64,000 nucleotides of DNA, taken from the IMG/VR virus record IMGVR_UViG_2600254917_000001, positions 1-64,000 of that record. One strand, 5' to 3'. Source of the stretch: a virus. Lineage: Duplodnaviria > Caudoviricetes. Below are positions 39,680 through 49,754 of the stretch, one piece after another. The notes under the pieces are model-generated. The model was not told the origin of the DNA. It did no database searches and saw only the letters and a program-made list of their open reading frames with translations. Both the position numbers and the translations under genes were made by a program. Numbering within the stretch: the first letter of the stretch is position 1; every line of letters starts with the position of its first letter.

Positions 39680-40270
39680 TTATTTTTTCTTGTCTTCTAT
39701 TTGTTCAGAATCTGGCTGATCTTGTTCCCGTTCTGTACGCTTGGCGCGTCCAATCGGATACTTCCGCAACACAAAGATGCAGGCTACAGCAACGATCACC
39801 CCTATGATGGTTATCGCCGCGCCATCATGGTCATTGATTGCTAAGTATGTGGCAGCAAAAATTGCCGCTAAGGTTGATATAACCCCACATACCTGGCCAC
39901 GTCGATCACGGTTTACAGAAGCGTCTAACACTTTTTCTTCCATTCTCTGACGATGCGCCATTTCCCTTTCAGTTAGACTGAAGATGCGATCAGCAGAGCC
40001 AGGTAAGATTTCTTCGTAATGCTTCAGATGTCGTGGATGCGGGAATGGGCCGGAGAAGGCCTCATGCGCAATCATGAGATGCTGAATTTCAGGGCGGTTC
40101 ATTGATTCAAGAAAAACATGAGGTTTTGATAAAACCTCATGTGTAAATTCTTCGACCTCAGCTTCAGTGGTGCAAGCTTCAGCGGCTTGAAGGTCATCGC
40201 TTGGTTCTTTTGTAGAGTTCTGCGTATTTATCGAATGTGCATCCGCTTGATGTTGTGCTTCCATCTTCAT
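39680..40270 (-). CDS. DUF2335-like membrane protein
   Basis: FSGPFPHP..L..YE.I.PGSADRI..HR plus two TM helices. Confidence 0.8.
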   Translation of the reverse strand: MKMEAQHQADAHSINTQNSTKEPSDDLQAAEACTTEAEVEEFTHEVLSKPHVFLESMNRPEIQHLMIAHEAFSGPFPHPRHLKHYEEILPGSADRIFSLTEREMAHRQRMEEKVLDASVNRDRRGQVCGVISTLAAIFAATYLAINDHDGAAITIIGVIVAVACIFVLRKYPIGRAKRTEREQDQPDSEQIEDKKK

Positions 40271-40691
40271 AGACCTTATAACCAAATTGCTCTAAAAATT
40301 TCTCTTTTATGGATTTTGTTGATTTCAATTTCTTGGTTAACTGTTCTTGAACAGTTCGTTCTTGAAGATCGCATACAGCTTTATTCCAGAATTTCTCTGC
40401 TGCATTGCACTCACCATCTCCGCGAGGCGTATTACGAATTTCGTTTACACTGCAGGTTTTATACTCACGCCCGTGATAAACCGGCTCGTAATGATTGAGG
40501 GCCTCGTAGAATACAAATACTCGGTTCAGGTCATCAGCTACAGTCTGCAGGTCTTGATGTAAGCAACTGGGATACCCTCGATGAGAATCAAGAATATGGT
40601 AATAATTGCTCGTTTTGGTGATTCCCAGAGGAGTACTGGCCTCGATCGCTTCATCGAGATTGATGCTGTGTTTCTTCTTAAGAAGCGTCAT
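40194..40691 (-). CDS. Hypothetical protein coupled to repA
   Basis: GAGGA RBS right after the repA stop. Confidence 0.6.
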   Translation of the reverse strand: MTLLKKKHSINLDEAIEASTPLGITKTSNYYHILDSHRGYPSCLHQDLQTVADDLNRVFVFYEALNHYEPVYHGREYKTCSVNEIRNTPRGDGECNAAEKFWNKAVCDLQERTVQEQLTKKLKSTKSIKEKFLEQFGYKVYEDGSTTSSGCTFDKYAELYKRTKR

Positions 40692-40700
40692 AAATCCTCC

Positions 40701-41705
40701 TCACGCAGCTAATGCTTTTTTCCCGCGCTGCGAACGGACTTTGATTTCGTTCAGTACGTTCTTTTCCGCAATGCTGTCACCGATAATCTTATACCACCCT
40801 GCCAGCTTACGCAGATCAGGCACGCTTACTTTCTCTTGGACATCATATGCTGTCAATTTCTCCCTGTAATCAAGAAGAATCTTGATGCACTTACGCGCCC
40901 ATTGTCCTTCCGCATCAGAACCTTTGGTGACGTGCGGACGACGAGGCAGGCGAGGGCGAACGGGTTTAACCGTTATTGGGGCCGACTCGTCGACGTAGGC
41001 AAACTTGATAGCCTTCACCGTGCGGCCCGCTTTGACCGGCTCCCAGATGACGGAAATGTCCGTCACCGCGTTGATACGGTCGAGGGCAGGCTGAAGTAAT
41101 TTCTGCCTGAAGTCACGGTAATCCGAGTACTTATCGACAATTCCAGCCTTTTGCCTGATCCAGTCCAGCTCCAACGTGACCTCAATGGTGTCACCGTTTC
41201 GGTATGACCGAAGGTTGCGCGCTTTAATCAGCCAGCCATAAAGTCGGATAGAGAACGGCGTATCCAGGCGCGCCAGGTTCGTGAAGTTGAGCTTCGTGAA
41301 GTTTTCCTTCAGCTCGTACAGGTATGGAGCCACGTCCTGGCCGAAGCGAAGCACAACTGCACTGTGATCGTCATTATTCACGTATTCGAGTCGCGAGAAC
41401 CACGATAGCTGGACCGTACGTATCTTGCCGTTGCGATCGGGCTTATAGATAACAACTGGCTTCTTCATCAAGCTTTCAGCTGCATCACGTAGTTGTCGGT
41501 GGCTGCTTGTCGGGTTAACGTTGTATATGCGTTGATAGTCCTTCGGCAACAGTCTGTATAACGTATCCGGCTGGGCCTTACGGCTGTCGATCTGCGACAG
41601 TGCCATGTTGAGCAGGCGCATCTCATCCAAGGTAACGCTATACGTCCCTTCGAGCAGATCGTTGCCTTGCACCACTGTGAGATTATTGTCCTGTTCCTGC
41701 GACAT
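40701..41705 (-). CDS. repA: Plasmid replication initiator, Rep_3 family
   Basis: VVQGNDLLE..Y.V...EMRLL, PYLYELK..FT, SIRLY, Y.DFR.K.L.PA...IN. Confidence 0.92.
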   Translation of the reverse strand: MSQEQDNNLTVVQGNDLLEGTYSVTLDEMRLLNMALSQIDSRKAQPDTLYRLLPKDYQRIYNVNPTSSHRQLRDAAESLMKKPVVIYKPDRNGKIRTVQLSWFSRLEYVNNDDHSAVVLRFGQDVAPYLYELKENFTKLNFTNLARLDTPFSIRLYGWLIKARNLRSYRNGDTIEVTLELDWIRQKAGIVDKYSDYRDFRQKLLQPALDRINAVTDISVIWEPVKAGRTVKAIKFAYVDESAPITVKPVRPRLPRRPHVTKGSDAEGQWARKCIKILLDYREKLTAYDVQEKVSVPDLRKLAGWYKIIGDSIAEKNVLNEIKVRSQRGKKALAA

Positions 41706-41725
41706 TGCACCCGCGCCCCGCATAC

Positions 41726-41751
41726 GTGGAAATTTCAATTAATTATTCCAC
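41726..41751. promoter_or_regulatory. Inverted half-iteron repeat, candidate RepA autorepression operator
   Basis: GTGGAA-N14-TTCCAC immediately upstream of repA. Confidence 0.5.
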
Positions 41752-41844
41752 ACAACAAGCGATCCTGCAAAGGCAAATGCCGTACATAACTTATTGGTTA
41801 TGTAGAAGAAAACAAAAAAGATGGGGATAGGATCTTTTCACGTA

Positions 41845-42132
41845 CAGGAAATCAATCCACATATATCAGGAAAAGTTTCCACATATGGTTCTAACGCTCT
41901 CACGATGAATACAGGAAAGTACTCCACGTATTGATAAAGACGCTGGAATATCGCGGCCTTGAAAGGGGGATGCCATCAGGAAAAAGCTCCACATTTAATG
42001 CAACAGAAAATTCCTCCACGTTAAGCTATTGATATAGCAAAAGTTATTCACAGAAAAAAACTCCACGTGGATCGTAAAAAGGATCCACGTGTGTCAGAAA
42101 AAGGATCCACACAGTACAGATAATCACTCCAC
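41845..42132 (+). repeat. Plasmid origin: nine iterons (CAGRAA-N5-TCCAC consensus) plus DnaA box
   Basis: Iterons at 41845, 41867, 41912, 41977, 42004, 42051, 42073, 42095, 42117 (last four 22 bp apart); TTATTCACA at 42044. Confidence 0.9.
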
Positions 42133-42292
42133 ATTTAGGAGGTAAAGCTACTGATTATTAAAGATTTTTTCGGCGATAAAAGGAAGTGGAAAGATGAACA
42201 TTAACAAACGCTCTCGCGTTTGATCGAGGATCTAAAACATGAATGCATAAGATCGCACCTCCTATCTGCCACCTTTAGCATCATGGTCAACG

Positions 42293-43624
42293 CTACGTAG
42301 CTCCCAAGTTAAAAAGTGTGCCCGGCTGCACTTCAGATAATCTTTTTTCTACTATATCAATAACATCACTTAGCACCAGAGGCTCAACAGCAAACATATC
42401 ATTAACAGCTGCCCCTGATTTTTTCAGCTCTTCGTTGATGACTTCTGCCATGATCTTGAAGGCAGCTCCCATGCGCTTTGCAGATCTATTATTGCGACTG
42501 ATGAAGATCGCTAGGGCTTTAACTTCATCCGACACATCCTCAAATAACCCTAATTGCTGAACAAACTCTTCGACTGATTGTTCATTGCTCTTGGCCTGCC
42601 GAACGAGGTCAGCTGCGTCAACGAGCGAGCGTAACGCCTGTTTATCAAGGCTATCTACAGCTTCGATTGATGAGCAAATATCACCAACAGTCTGCCGGTG
42701 AACTTCACCGGATAAATACTGCATATCGATAAAAGCTGGGGCTGCTACGTTCAAAGCCGTAAGGATATTGCGTATCTCGGGATCGGGTTCTTCCGCAACC
42801 AGCTTCACCAGCATTTCGTTTTTATAGGCTTTGGCAAATATGGCGTTTTGCATTCTATCCAGCAGCTGGCGGGTAGGGCGCCCATCTGCTGTCACAAGTC
42901 CGGCTGTCGCCGTATCTCCAAGTGAAGCCAGGAACGCCTTGATAAAACCTTCGTTGGTTTTAGCCAACAGGTTGCCGTTCTCAGCCGGAGAAAAGAGGGC
43001 CATTACGTCGGGCGTCATATTCTCGGCGTCAGCATAGGCCTTTTCGCTCGCGGCCATATCCTGGAGATCTGATATGTTGCTGTCTTTGGCAAATTGCACG
43101 CGGTCGACGTTATCCAACCGTACCCGGACCAGGACCGGATTCTGCTTCGACGAGATATCGGAAGAGTTAATGCCGTAAAGGGTGGCGTTATCGATCAGAT
43201 ACTGCCGGTAGTTATCAGCTTTTCCTTCGGCGTACGCTTTTAGGATCCCCATCGTACGCCCGTTTCCTGATTCCACTACGTTGTCATGACCCACGATAGG
43301 GGAGCCGTGGCTCGATAAGCCTGAATCAGTCAGGCGCTGCGGCATAATGTTGTTCGAGATGGCGTTGACCTGCAGAATGCTGCTTTTACGCGTACGATCC
43401 CGCGGCTGAAGCTCTGGCGGGAAATTAGGGTTAATGCGGCCGTCGAGCATGTTGGACATGATCAGATCAGTGGCCTCAACCACTTTGAAAGCAGTCTTCA
43501 CCTCTTTGCCTTTTGGTGTAACGATATAAGCGACTCGACCTGTGTGCGTCTGGGTAGCCGTAGTAAGCAACGAGAGCACTTCGGCTACGCTCTGAGCCAG
43601 TTCTATTTGTTGATAAATAACCAT
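42293..43624 (-). CDS. ddrB: DdrB-like protein (ParB-like domain)
   Basis: ELQPRDRTR, GSPIVG.DNVVESGNGRTM, NAIFAKAY. Confidence 0.8.
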   Translation of the reverse strand: MVIYQQIELAQSVAEVLSLLTTATQTHTGRVAYIVTPKGKEVKTAFKVVEATDLIMSNMLDGRINPNFPPELQPRDRTRKSSILQVNAISNNIMPQRLTDSGLSSHGSPIVGHDNVVESGNGRTMGILKAYAEGKADNYRQYLIDNATLYGINSSDISSKQNPVLVRVRLDNVDRVQFAKDSNISDLQDMAASEKAYADAENMTPDVMALFSPAENGNLLAKTNEGFIKAFLASLGDTATAGLVTADGRPTRQLLDRMQNAIFAKAYKNEMLVKLVAEEPDPEIRNILTALNVAAPAFIDMQYLSGEVHRQTVGDICSSIEAVDSLDKQALRSLVDAADLVRQAKSNEQSVEEFVQQLGLFEDVSDEVKALAIFISRNNRSAKRMGAAFKIMAEVINEELKKSGAAVNDMFAVEPLVLSDVIDIVEKRLSEVQPGTLFNLGAT

Positions 43625-43644
43625 AATAAATTTAACGTTATGTG

Positions 43645-43661
43645 ATATCCTACTAAACAAT
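43645..43661. promoter_or_regulatory. Putative C1-like operator upstream of ban
   Basis: ATATCCTACTAAACAAT. Confidence 0.7.
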
Positions 43662-43662
43662 A

Positions 43663-43683
43663 TCAATATCATAATTGCACCGC
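43663..43683 (-). promoter_or_regulatory. Putative late promoter for ddrB
   Basis: GCGGTGCA-N7-TATTGA. Confidence 0.55.
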
Positions 43684-43730
43684 TGCTGGTCATCCGCACG
43701 CGGGTGCGTATACTGCATAAAAAAACCGAG

Positions 43731-45146
43731 ATGGTTGAAGTGATGCCCGAACAACAAAACGAGATATACCAGGCCCCGGCCGATCACCGCGTCGATGCCC
43801 TGAAGTCGCCACCGCACTCAATCGAAGCCGAGCAGGCGGTGCTGGGTGGTCTGATGTTGGATAATGATCGTTGGGATGATGTCGCCGAGCGCGTCAGCGA
43901 GTCGGATTTTTATACCCGCGCTCACCGGAACATTTTCCGGCAGATGGGTACGCTTCAGAAAATGGGCTCACCCATCGACCTCGTTACTCTCGCTGAGGCT
44001 ATCGAGCGCGCTGGCTTCATTGATTCAGTTGGCGGGTTCGCCTATCTTGCCGAACTGAGCAAAAACACGCCCAGCGCGGCAAACATTCTCGCGTACGCTG
44101 ATATCGTTCGTGAGCGCGCCGTCATTCGCTCGTTAATCAGCGTCGGCAATGAGATCGTTAACGATGGTTTCAACCCAAAAGGGCGCACTGTAGACGCGCT
44201 GCTGGACGAAGCTGAAGCGCGGATATTCAACATCGCTGAACATCGCTCCAGCAATGAAAGCGGTCCGAAGCGCATGACGCAAATGTTGACCGAGGTTGTG
44301 AATAAGATTGAAGAGCTCTATAGCAATCCTCACGATGGCGTGACGGGGCTCGATACCGGATTTACCGACCTCAATAGAAAAACAGCAGGCCTTCAACCGT
44401 CGGACCTGATTATTGTCGCGGCGCGCCCGTCAATGGGTAAGACCGCATTTGCGATGAACATATGCGAAAACGCCGCTATGTTGAACGATAAGCCGGTATT
44501 GGTTTTCAGTCTTGAAATGCCAGCAAACCAGCTCACGATGCGTATGTTGTCGTCGTTCTCGCGTGTCGATCTCACCCGCTTACGTACCGGTCAACTCGAT
44601 GATGGAGACTGGGGACGTATCGCTACCTCGATGAAGATGCTATTGGAGAAAGATAACATTCTCATCGACGACGCTTCCTCCCTGACGCCTGGCGAGCTGC
44701 GCGCACGTGCCCGCCGGGTCTACCGCGAGCACGGTGGGTTAAGCATGATCATGGTCGATTACCTTCAGCTCATGCAGGTGCCATCGCTATCTGACAACCG
44801 CACGCTCGAAATATCTGAGATATCCCGTTCTTTAAAGGCGCTGGCTAAAGAATTGCAGGTTCCGGTGGTCGCTTTATCTCAGCTAAACCGTTCTCTGGAA
44901 CAACGAGCGAATAAACGCCCGGTCAACTCCGATTTGAGGGAGTCAGGCTCAATCGAGCAGGACGCCGATTTGATCATGTTCATTTACAGAGACGAGGTCT
45001 ATAACGAGAACTCTGAATATAAGGGCGTGGCAGAAATTATTATCGGGAAGCAGAGAAATGGTCCGATCGGCACTGTACGCCTGACTTTCAACGGCAAGTA
45101 TGCACGCTTTGATAACTACACCGGTCCGCAGTACGATGATGACTAA
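43731..45146 (+). CDS. ban: Replicative helicase DnaB analog (Ban)
   Basis: PPHSIEAEQAVLG, AARPSMGKT, VDYLQLM, LRESGSIEQDAD. Confidence 0.95.
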   Translation: MVEVMPEQQNEIYQAPADHRVDALKSPPHSIEAEQAVLGGLMLDNDRWDDVAERVSESDFYTRAHRNIFRQMGTLQKMGSPIDLVTLAEAIERAGFIDSVGGFAYLAELSKNTPSAANILAYADIVRERAVIRSLISVGNEIVNDGFNPKGRTVDALLDEAEARIFNIAEHRSSNESGPKRMTQMLTEVVNKIEELYSNPHDGVTGLDTGFTDLNRKTAGLQPSDLIIVAARPSMGKTAFAMNICENAAMLNDKPVLVFSLEMPANQLTMRMLSSFSRVDLTRLRTGQLDDGDWGRIATSMKMLLEKDNILIDDASSLTPGELRARARRVYREHGGLSMIMVDYLQLMQVPSLSDNRTLEISEISRSLKALAKELQVPVVALSQLNRSLEQRANKRPVNSDLRESGSIEQDADLIMFIYRDEVYNENSEYKGVAEIIIGKQRNGPIGTVRLTFNGKYARFDNYTGPQYDDD

Positions 45147-45419
45147 TGTAATTGTAACTTATTGAATTATATAGCCAGGCGGAATGTGTATAGTCTGGCT
45201 TAATGATTTTGGGCTCAGTATATTGATTTTGTTGAAAAAATAATCGAATTTTTCCTCCCTGAATTTACAATCGCTTAAGACTACGTCGTTTGTACGCTCA
45301 TCTTTTTACTTTGTTCTGCATCAAAAAAACCGCAAACATGTTTGATGCGAAACAGTTGTAAGTTCCCCTAAAATACCCAGCAGAACCAGATGGGACGCGC
45401 TTTCAGTGATGAGAGAGCA

Positions 45420-45510
45420 TAAAAAAAGCCCAACTGGTTTCGTTGGGCCTTTTTCATTTTTGGTACGGACTGGCGGGTCTGTACCGGATGAAACTGTCTT
45501 CATCTAACGT
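45420..45510 (-). ncRNA. Divergent antisense antitoxin sRNA (AgrB-like)
   Basis: 17-nt AACTGTCTTCATCTAAC 45492-45508 repeats at 45660-45676 in the toxin leader; TTGATT-N17-TATCAT promoter; GCCCAAC hairpin with poly-U. Confidence 0.75.
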
Positions 45511-45751
45511 TGCGAATGATATGCCCGGGTGATCCCAAAATCAACGGGGCGAGATCATGAAATCGTTAGTGAAATTGTAAAGGCCTGGCGAGCGTGGAGT
45601 TTTTTTCACGCTCCTGGCTGGCGAGCGAAGTTTGCAAACCAGTGCTCCAACAACGAGGGAACTGTCTTCATCTAACAGCGTTGGCAGGCCGTAGCGACGG
45701 GAAGTGTAAGAGTAAGCTACTGCTGTTCCTCTCGCAGTTTATGGAGGAACT

Positions 45752-45829
45752 ATGATCGACATTGACCATGTGATCTTAGCTCTGAACGCACTTCTAGTGT
45801 GTTTAGAGATAGCTAAAGCCTTCCTCTAA
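45752..45829 (+). CDS. Type I toxin, DinQ-like (25 aa MIDIDHVILALNALLVCLEIAKAFL)
   Basis: GGAGG SD in GTTCCTC/GAGGAAC hairpin; terminator 45846-45875. Confidence 0.8.
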   Translation: MIDIDHVILALNALLVCLEIAKAFL

Positions 45830-45966
45830 GGCTTATAGCGCCTTCAAGGCCAGAGCCAGTCTCTGGCCTTTTTTTATTCTGTATCAACATTTCAAATAGC
45901 CAAAAGCCGATAATCGAATCTCGAAAACTGTTAACTATATGTTTTAATTAATCATTTGGTGAATAT

Positions 45967-46299
45967 ATGAAGGGATTTATATTAGCTTTGGCGGTACTTC
46001 TTCCAGTTAGTGCATTTGCAACAGATTACACCAAAGTTAACTGCACCAGCGATAGCGCCCGTTCGATGTTATTAGAAGAATACAATCGGATGCTCAAGGA
46101 ACATGCTCAAGACGTGTCTGTTGTTGATTTATATGATATGAAGATTATAAAGCAATCAGAAAAGACTTTGGTTTGTGAAGGCCTAATGGATTTTTCTACT
46201 GGTGAAACCGGGATTTCAGGGACATTTAGTTTGAAGGATAATTCTTTCGGTAAAGCTACGATCTTCGTTAAGCTGAATGTCGAAGATGAAGAAGAATGA
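45967..46299 (+). CDS. Small secreted protein
   Basis: Signal peptide ending AFA; two Cys; low GC. Confidence 0.7.
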   Translation: MKGFILALAVLLPVSAFATDYTKVNCTSDSARSMLLEEYNRMLKEHAQDVSVVDLYDMKIIKQSEKTLVCEGLMDFSTGETGISGTFSLKDNSFGKATIFVKLNVEDEEE

Positions 46300-46346
46300 T
46301 AGCGATACGCAAGTGCCGAATGTTCAGGCACTTGCGTAACGAGTCA

Positions 46347-46727
46347 CTATGCTGCCCGGGCAAACTTATCGGGATTGTTGCTTACCCAGGCAACCGCGCC
46401 TTTTTTAACTTCATCAAGGGAGATGTACTCGGGTTCGTACGCATCAATCTGCCTCAGTGTTTTAATGAAATCACTTGCCGGCACGGAAGAGAATACGCCC
46501 GCCTTAAAGTCAGTAACGATCTGTGGCTCTTCCCCTGCTGGTGGTTTACCCGGGGCCTCCGGTTCTGGCTTAGTCTCTTCATCTGCGCTGTAACCCAGTA
46601 GAATCAGGACTTCGTTAATCTGTTCGAGCAATTCAAGCAGATCGAGTCCTTTCGCGGTTGGGCGTTGTATGAGAAGGTCAACAAGTCGGTCCTGAAGGTC
46701 GAGCCGTTGGAGTGGTGATAAGCTCAT
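46347..46727 (-). CDS. ddrA: DdrA-like protein
   Basis: MSLSPLQRLDLQDRL.DL....TAKGLDLL; follows darA. Confidence 0.7.
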   Translation of the reverse strand: MSLSPLQRLDLQDRLVDLLIQRPTAKGLDLLELLEQINEVLILLGYSADEETKPEPEAPGKPPAGEEPQIVTDFKAGVFSSVPASDFIKTLRQIDAYEPEYISLDEVKKGAVAWVSNNPDKFARAA

Positions 46728-46731
46728 CGTG

Positions 46732-48696
46732 TTACCCCTTTGCTATTTGCTGCATAAGATCGCCCAAGTGCTGACTGGCCGTGTCAAACATATTCTGATA
46801 CTGCTCCAGCACACCAGCGCCATCCAGAACGGCGTAAGCTTCACGAAGTTTCTTTAGATGCTCCTTTATCTCGGTTAGGCTGGCGTCAGTTAGCGCTGCG
46901 GCGCTCTGAATGGCTTCAAGGGCTGCAGTTACCTCTGCATTGTTGCCTGGTTCAACAGGGTCAGGTTTTTCCTCTTCCGGGTTCGGTATCGGTTCCGGCA
47001 TTTCAGGATCTGGGGTTGAAGTGATGAAAATTGGCGTACCTTCAGACAGCGCACCAGCAATTTGCTCTGTGTGGTAGCTGGCCATCTGAAATACATCTTC
47101 GTAACGGGCTTGATATGCCTCGTTTGAATAGATGATCTTGCCCGCTTCACTCAATTTGTTTTCGGCCTCCCGCCACTCTTCCATGGTGGGCTGATTCGAT
47201 AAATTGGCAACATAATTCAGATTTTGGAGAGCCAGTTTTAAGTCATCTGGCATTTCATCAGGTATCAGGAAACGTTTTGGCTGGGGGAGCTCAATCCCAC
47301 CTGCAGAAAACTCCTCCTGAAGCTCAACGAGGTGAGCATCCGCTTTATTCAGCTGGTCGATATACTGGTCAAGAACGTGGGCGCCTTGTAATGCGTAACG
47401 CTGCTGAAGGAGCTGCTTAGCAGCATTGTCGACGGCTTCAGAGCCGGACTTAATTGTTAATGCATTGGCGCTGTCAATGGCAGCGAGCGCGGCGTCGATG
47501 ATTGATTTAGTTGCATCGTTTGAAGCCATATCATTCGCCTTGTACTTATCAGCTTTCCCGTCACGATACAGCTTCAGCAGCTTCTTGGCTGTGTCCTGCA
47601 TCGCTCCGCCTTGTGAGGATGGACTATCAATTTTATACACACCGCCATCCGGCGCAGTGATCGTCACCCAGCCAACAAGCTCACCATTTTTGTCTGCACT
47701 GTTCATTTGAATGACCGCGCCGTTTGAGAGGGTGTGTTGACCGCCCATCTGCAGGTTTTGGGTTACCTGGCGGGTTTTATCCTCAATATCAGGCTTAACC
47801 GTGACCGGTGCTGGTGGCTCTTTATCAGGTTCACGGTTCGGTAGCTGTGCCTTCATCTTGTCAATTTCAGTCTGTAGTGAAGCGTTAATGGATGCCTGCT
47901 TGTCTGCCAGCTTACGGTATTTATCGTACTCATTATCGAGCTCCACGCCGGTAGCGTTGAGCTGGTCTCCCTGGTCTACGAGTGCGCTAATTTGGCCTGC
48001 CAGCTCGGTGCTGGTGGCTTCAACTTCGTTAATATCGGCCAGCAGGCGGGCATTTTTATCGCGGGAACGCTGGAATTTCTCAGAGTTTCGCTCAATCAGG
48101 TTAGACAGGATCTGCGTCGTCTGTTTTAACGACATGTCCCGGCCGCCCATCGGCACCACTGTATGAGTCACGTCGCGTTTATTGAGGAAAAAGCGAAACG
48201 CAACCAGCGTATCATTTGACGTGATTTTTGACGTGTCGCCAGTCGGCGAGTGGAAGACTATGGTAACCGTCTGGCCGTCGCTCAAGGGTATCTGAGCAGG
48301 GAGTAGGGCGATGCTGCCAAATCGGCGCGCTTTGCCAATCTCCGCCCCGCCCAGAACCCGACTACCGTCAGAAACAGAGGCGGCATCGGATACGCCTGCA
48401 GTAATCCCCGTTCCCGTGAGCGCCTCGTTCAGCGAACGAACAAAGGCGCGCATGGTTTGCGAAATACGCGCACGGCTGGTGGTAATGGCTTCGAGTAACA
48501 TACCAACAGACAGATCGAGGTCGGTATCGTAGAAATATAGCGATTCGAAATCGTTCATATCCCATGATTCAAGCAGAAGATGGTGCTGGCCATTTGATTG
48601 AAGCTCATCGAATCGCTGATCGCTCACCGCATAATTATGTAGGTCCATGCGGTCCCTGATCGTTATTGCGTCACGCATGCGCAAATTAGTTAGCAT
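46732..48696 (-). CDS. darA: DarA antirestriction/head protein
   Basis: MLLEAI, PLSDGQTVTIVFHSP, F.LNKRDVTH.V.P. Confidence 0.85.
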   Translation of the reverse strand: MLTNLRMRDAITIRDRMDLHNYAVSDQRFDELQSNGQHHLLLESWDMNDFESLYFYDTDLDLSVGMLLEAITTSRARISQTMRAFVRSLNEALTGTGITAGVSDAASVSDGSRVLGGAEIGKARRFGSIALLPAQIPLSDGQTVTIVFHSPTGDTSKITSNDTLVAFRFFLNKRDVTHTVVPMGGRDMSLKQTTQILSNLIERNSEKFQRSRDKNARLLADINEVEATSTELAGQISALVDQGDQLNATGVELDNEYDKYRKLADKQASINASLQTEIDKMKAQLPNREPDKEPPAPVTVKPDIEDKTRQVTQNLQMGGQHTLSNGAVIQMNSADKNGELVGWVTITAPDGGVYKIDSPSSQGGAMQDTAKKLLKLYRDGKADKYKANDMASNDATKSIIDAALAAIDSANALTIKSGSEAVDNAAKQLLQQRYALQGAHVLDQYIDQLNKADAHLVELQEEFSAGGIELPQPKRFLIPDEMPDDLKLALQNLNYVANLSNQPTMEEWREAENKLSEAGKIIYSNEAYQARYEDVFQMASYHTEQIAGALSEGTPIFITSTPDPEMPEPIPNPEEEKPDPVEPGNNAEVTAALEAIQSAAALTDASLTEIKEHLKKLREAYAVLDGAGVLEQYQNMFDTASQHLGDLMQQIAKG

Positions 48697-49312
48697 TCAA
48701 TTCGCCCTCCAGGTTAGCGAGCTGTGATTTTAACTGCCGGGTCATGGCGCGTTCCGTTTCCAGTCGGGCTTTTTCCTGATCCAGCTGACTGCGAACGCCA
48801 GCCTGGCGTGTCTGCTCCTCAGCGATGACCTTATTCAACGTCTCGACCTTTGCGTTGTTCGAAGCTGCAACCTCTTTGGCCTCGGAAAGACGTTGGACAT
48901 TGGATTTAACCTGCGGTCTGGCCGTGAGTTTTTTTGTGGCGCCAGCAACCTTTTTCGCCAGGCTCTTGGCAAAAGCAGGTGCAGCCTGCTCAGCTGCGCG
49001 ACCAATAATCTGTCCCATGGACGCGACGGTCTTCGCATGAGGAAGAGGCATCTTCTTGCCATTGATCGTGAAGCCAGAAATGTCGCCGGTGTCGTTAACC
49101 TGTAAAACGATCTCCTGCTGATCCTCAAGGTGTAGCGACACGGTTTTGACCGGAATACCATCTTTCTTAGTCGCTTTATTCGTTGAATCGACGGAAACGA
49201 CGTCTGGGCCTGCTTTATTTATCGCCGTAATGAGGGTCTTCAGACCTTTTTCGTTGATCTGTTCAAAGTTCAGAACGGCGTACTGCTGTTTATTCGGCGC
49301 TGGCATGTTCAT
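48686..49312 (-). CDS. hdf: Hdf protein
   Basis: FEQINEKGLK.L, QVNDTGDIS; between lydB and darA. Confidence 0.85.
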   Translation of the reverse strand: MNMPAPNKQQYAVLNFEQINEKGLKTLITAINKAGPDVVSVDSTNKATKKDGIPVKTVSLHLEDQQEIVLQVNDTGDISGFTINGKKMPLPHAKTVASMGQIIGRAAEQAAPAFAKSLAKKVAGATKKLTARPQVKSNVQRLSEAKEVAASNNAKVETLNKVIAEEQTRQAGVRSQLDQEKARLETERAMTRQLKSQLANLEGELNAN

Positions 49313-49754
49313 TACTCTCTGCGTTCAGCGTGTAAGTGCGTTCCACGTTGTCGACGAACGGGAACAGGCGGTAGAAGGGATTCCAGTTCATAAAGGACTT
49401 GCCATGGATGACACGAACCTTTAATACCCATTCGCCACTGTGGCGTACCTGCGATTTGTTGATCGCTAAATATTCTTCTTGGATGCCGCGAGACATGACC
49501 AGCGGCCGGGTTTTGCCCTGGATAACCAATACCGGGCGTTGCTTATCAATGAGCTGATACTGCACAACGCCGTCGTGTTTTGCGGCCTTCGTTTTGTAGC
49601 GGAGGGGAAACAAGAATTGATCACCGTCGTCAACAACATCACCCAGCGGGATATCGTGTAATCTCAAGCGTCTCAGTCGCAGTATCAAGCGGTCTACTGC
49701 CAGCACACCTACAACAACTGCAAGACTTGATAAATGGCTTCCTAATTCGGTCAT
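49290..49754 (-). CDS. lydB: Antiholin LydB-like
   Basis: V.HG.SF...NP.YR.FP motif. Confidence 0.8.
   Translation of the reverse strand: MTELGSHLSSLAVVVGVLAVDRLILRLRRLRLHDIPLGDVVDDGDQFLFPLRYKTKAAKHDGVVQYQLIDKQRPVLVIQGKTRPLVMSRGIQEEYLAINKSQVRHSGEWVLKVRVIHGKSFMNWNPFYRLFPFVDNVERTYTLNAESNEHASAE

Noticed and set aside
41779-41808. GCCGTACATAA-N8-TTATGTAGAAG as a Xer (dif/cer) site
   Set aside because: Both arms match poorly; more simply an inverted repeat in the repA promoter region.
41845-42132. Regularly spaced repeats as a CRISPR array
   Set aside because: Degenerate 16-bp units at 22-bp spacing beside a Rep_3 gene are iterons; no cas genes or unique spacers.
45146-45420. tRNA genes near ban or dmt as in P1
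   Set aside because: No cloverleaf with a T-loop GTTCRA and acceptor stem was seen.
45321-45503. 60-aa minus-strand ORF
   Set aside because: Overlaps the antitoxin sRNA and runs through its terminator.
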